Source of the DNA: an uncultured Gammaproteobacteria bacterium
Lineage (GTDB): Bacteria > Patescibacteriota > Patescibacteriia > Magasanikbacterales > UBA922
Assembly (NCBI GenBank): GCA_964447765.1
Contig: CAYUTO010000003.1
Location: 8,919 to 72,918 of the forward strand
Length of the DNA stretch: 64,000 bases
Direction: 5' to 3'
The position numbers were made by a program, and so were the translations under genes. The first letter of the stretch is position 1. Each line of letters opens with the position of its first letter. This document shows, one piece after another, positions 63,422 through 64,000 of the stretch. Below the pieces are notes generated by a model. It saw only the letters and a program-made list of their open reading frames with translations. It had not been told where the DNA came from and ran no database searches.

Positions 63422-63472
63422 AAGACTCTCTGCACGACACTAAGTACGGCACGAGAGTCTTCTTCATTTTTA
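63422..63472 (+). repeat. shared 3' hairpin element, copy C (shorter)
   Basis: AAGACTCTC...GAGAGTCTT stem; 63449-63472 is identical to 62727-62750 (24 bp). Confidence 0.85.
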
Positions 63473-63524
63473 AACTAAAAAAATAATCCTCCAGTTCGGA
63501 GGATTATTTTAATGTACGAAATAA

Positions 63525-64000
63525 TTAACGCTTTCTCGATAACACTTCTTTCAAGATTTCTGCAGCACTTTTTCCTTCTCCTTCAATATTTTGAAGCATA
63601 TCCCTCGACTCCTCCTTAGTATACCCCATGGAGATAAGTCCCTCAACCACATCGTCAAGTACTCCATCCACGGGTTTTGAGCGGACCGAAACTCTCGTAC
63701 CCAGATCAATTTTACTTTTTAACTCAACAACTAATCGCTCTGCTGTTTTCTTTCCCATACCTTGAATTGAGGTGAGATATCCTACATCTCCTCTCGCAAT
63801 TGCATCTCGTATATCTTCGACTGAACCAAGCGACATAATATTCATGGCACTTTTCGGCCCAATTCCAGATACGGTCATGAGAAGCATAAAGAAGTCTCGA
63901 TCTTCAAGATGCGAAAATCCAAATAATTCCTGACTATTCTCACTCACTTTATGATAGATAAAGAGTGATACAGGAACTCCGGTATTTAATTCAAGAAGTT
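63525..64000 (-). CDS. ruvA: Holliday junction branch migration protein RuvA (start lies beyond the window)
   Basis: ELFGF, VSGIGPKSA, GMGKKTAERLVVELK, LISMGY. The frame stays open to the window edge. Confidence 0.95.
   Translation of the reverse strand, partial: LLELNTGVPVSLFIYHKVSENSQELFGFSHLEDRDFFMLLMTVSGIGPKSAMNIMSLGSVEDIRDAIARGDVGYLTSIQGMGKKTAERLVVELKSKIDLGTRVSVRSKPVDGVLDDVVEGLISMGYTKEESRDMLQNIEGEGKSAAEILKEVLSRKR

Noticed and set aside
62892-63467. 191-aa and 138-aa minus-strand ORFs over cassette C
   Set aside because: Antisense shadows. The plus-strand product is the one similar to protein A.
62657-63480. Integron attC interpretation of the cassette hairpins
   Set aside because: No RYYYAAC/GTTRRRY core sites are evident, no integrase is present, and the cassettes carry their own promoters.

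Overview
This is a 64 kb AT-rich bacterial chromosome segment using code 11. Gene content and the mostly SD-less translation starts suggest Patescibacteria/CPR, probably Parcubacteria (inference). Core genes are valS (partial), a glycolysis cluster (gap, pgk, eno, two tandem gpmI), yebC/ruvC, ppa, rpoBC, ftsK, recA, thrS with a T-box leader, a PilB-type ATPase, ftsH, rpsA, gyrA and ruvA (partial). Also present are a tRNA-Ser(CGA), an accessory block after it, and a base-excision-repair cluster. The main unexplained structure is a set of dispersed, GC-richer single-gene cassettes at about 12.3, 42.5, 45.7-46.6, 62.2 and 62.8 kb, each with its own sigma70-like promoter, SD and 3' hairpin. Three of them share a 3' hairpin element and swap protein modules, and one encodes a stand-alone RNA polymerase alpha-CTD-like domain. 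A second candidate mobile system is a small GIY-YIG gene lying between a palindrome-interrupted copy of the tRNA-Ser 5' end and the intact tRNA. All alignments and counts were done by eye; no searches were run.
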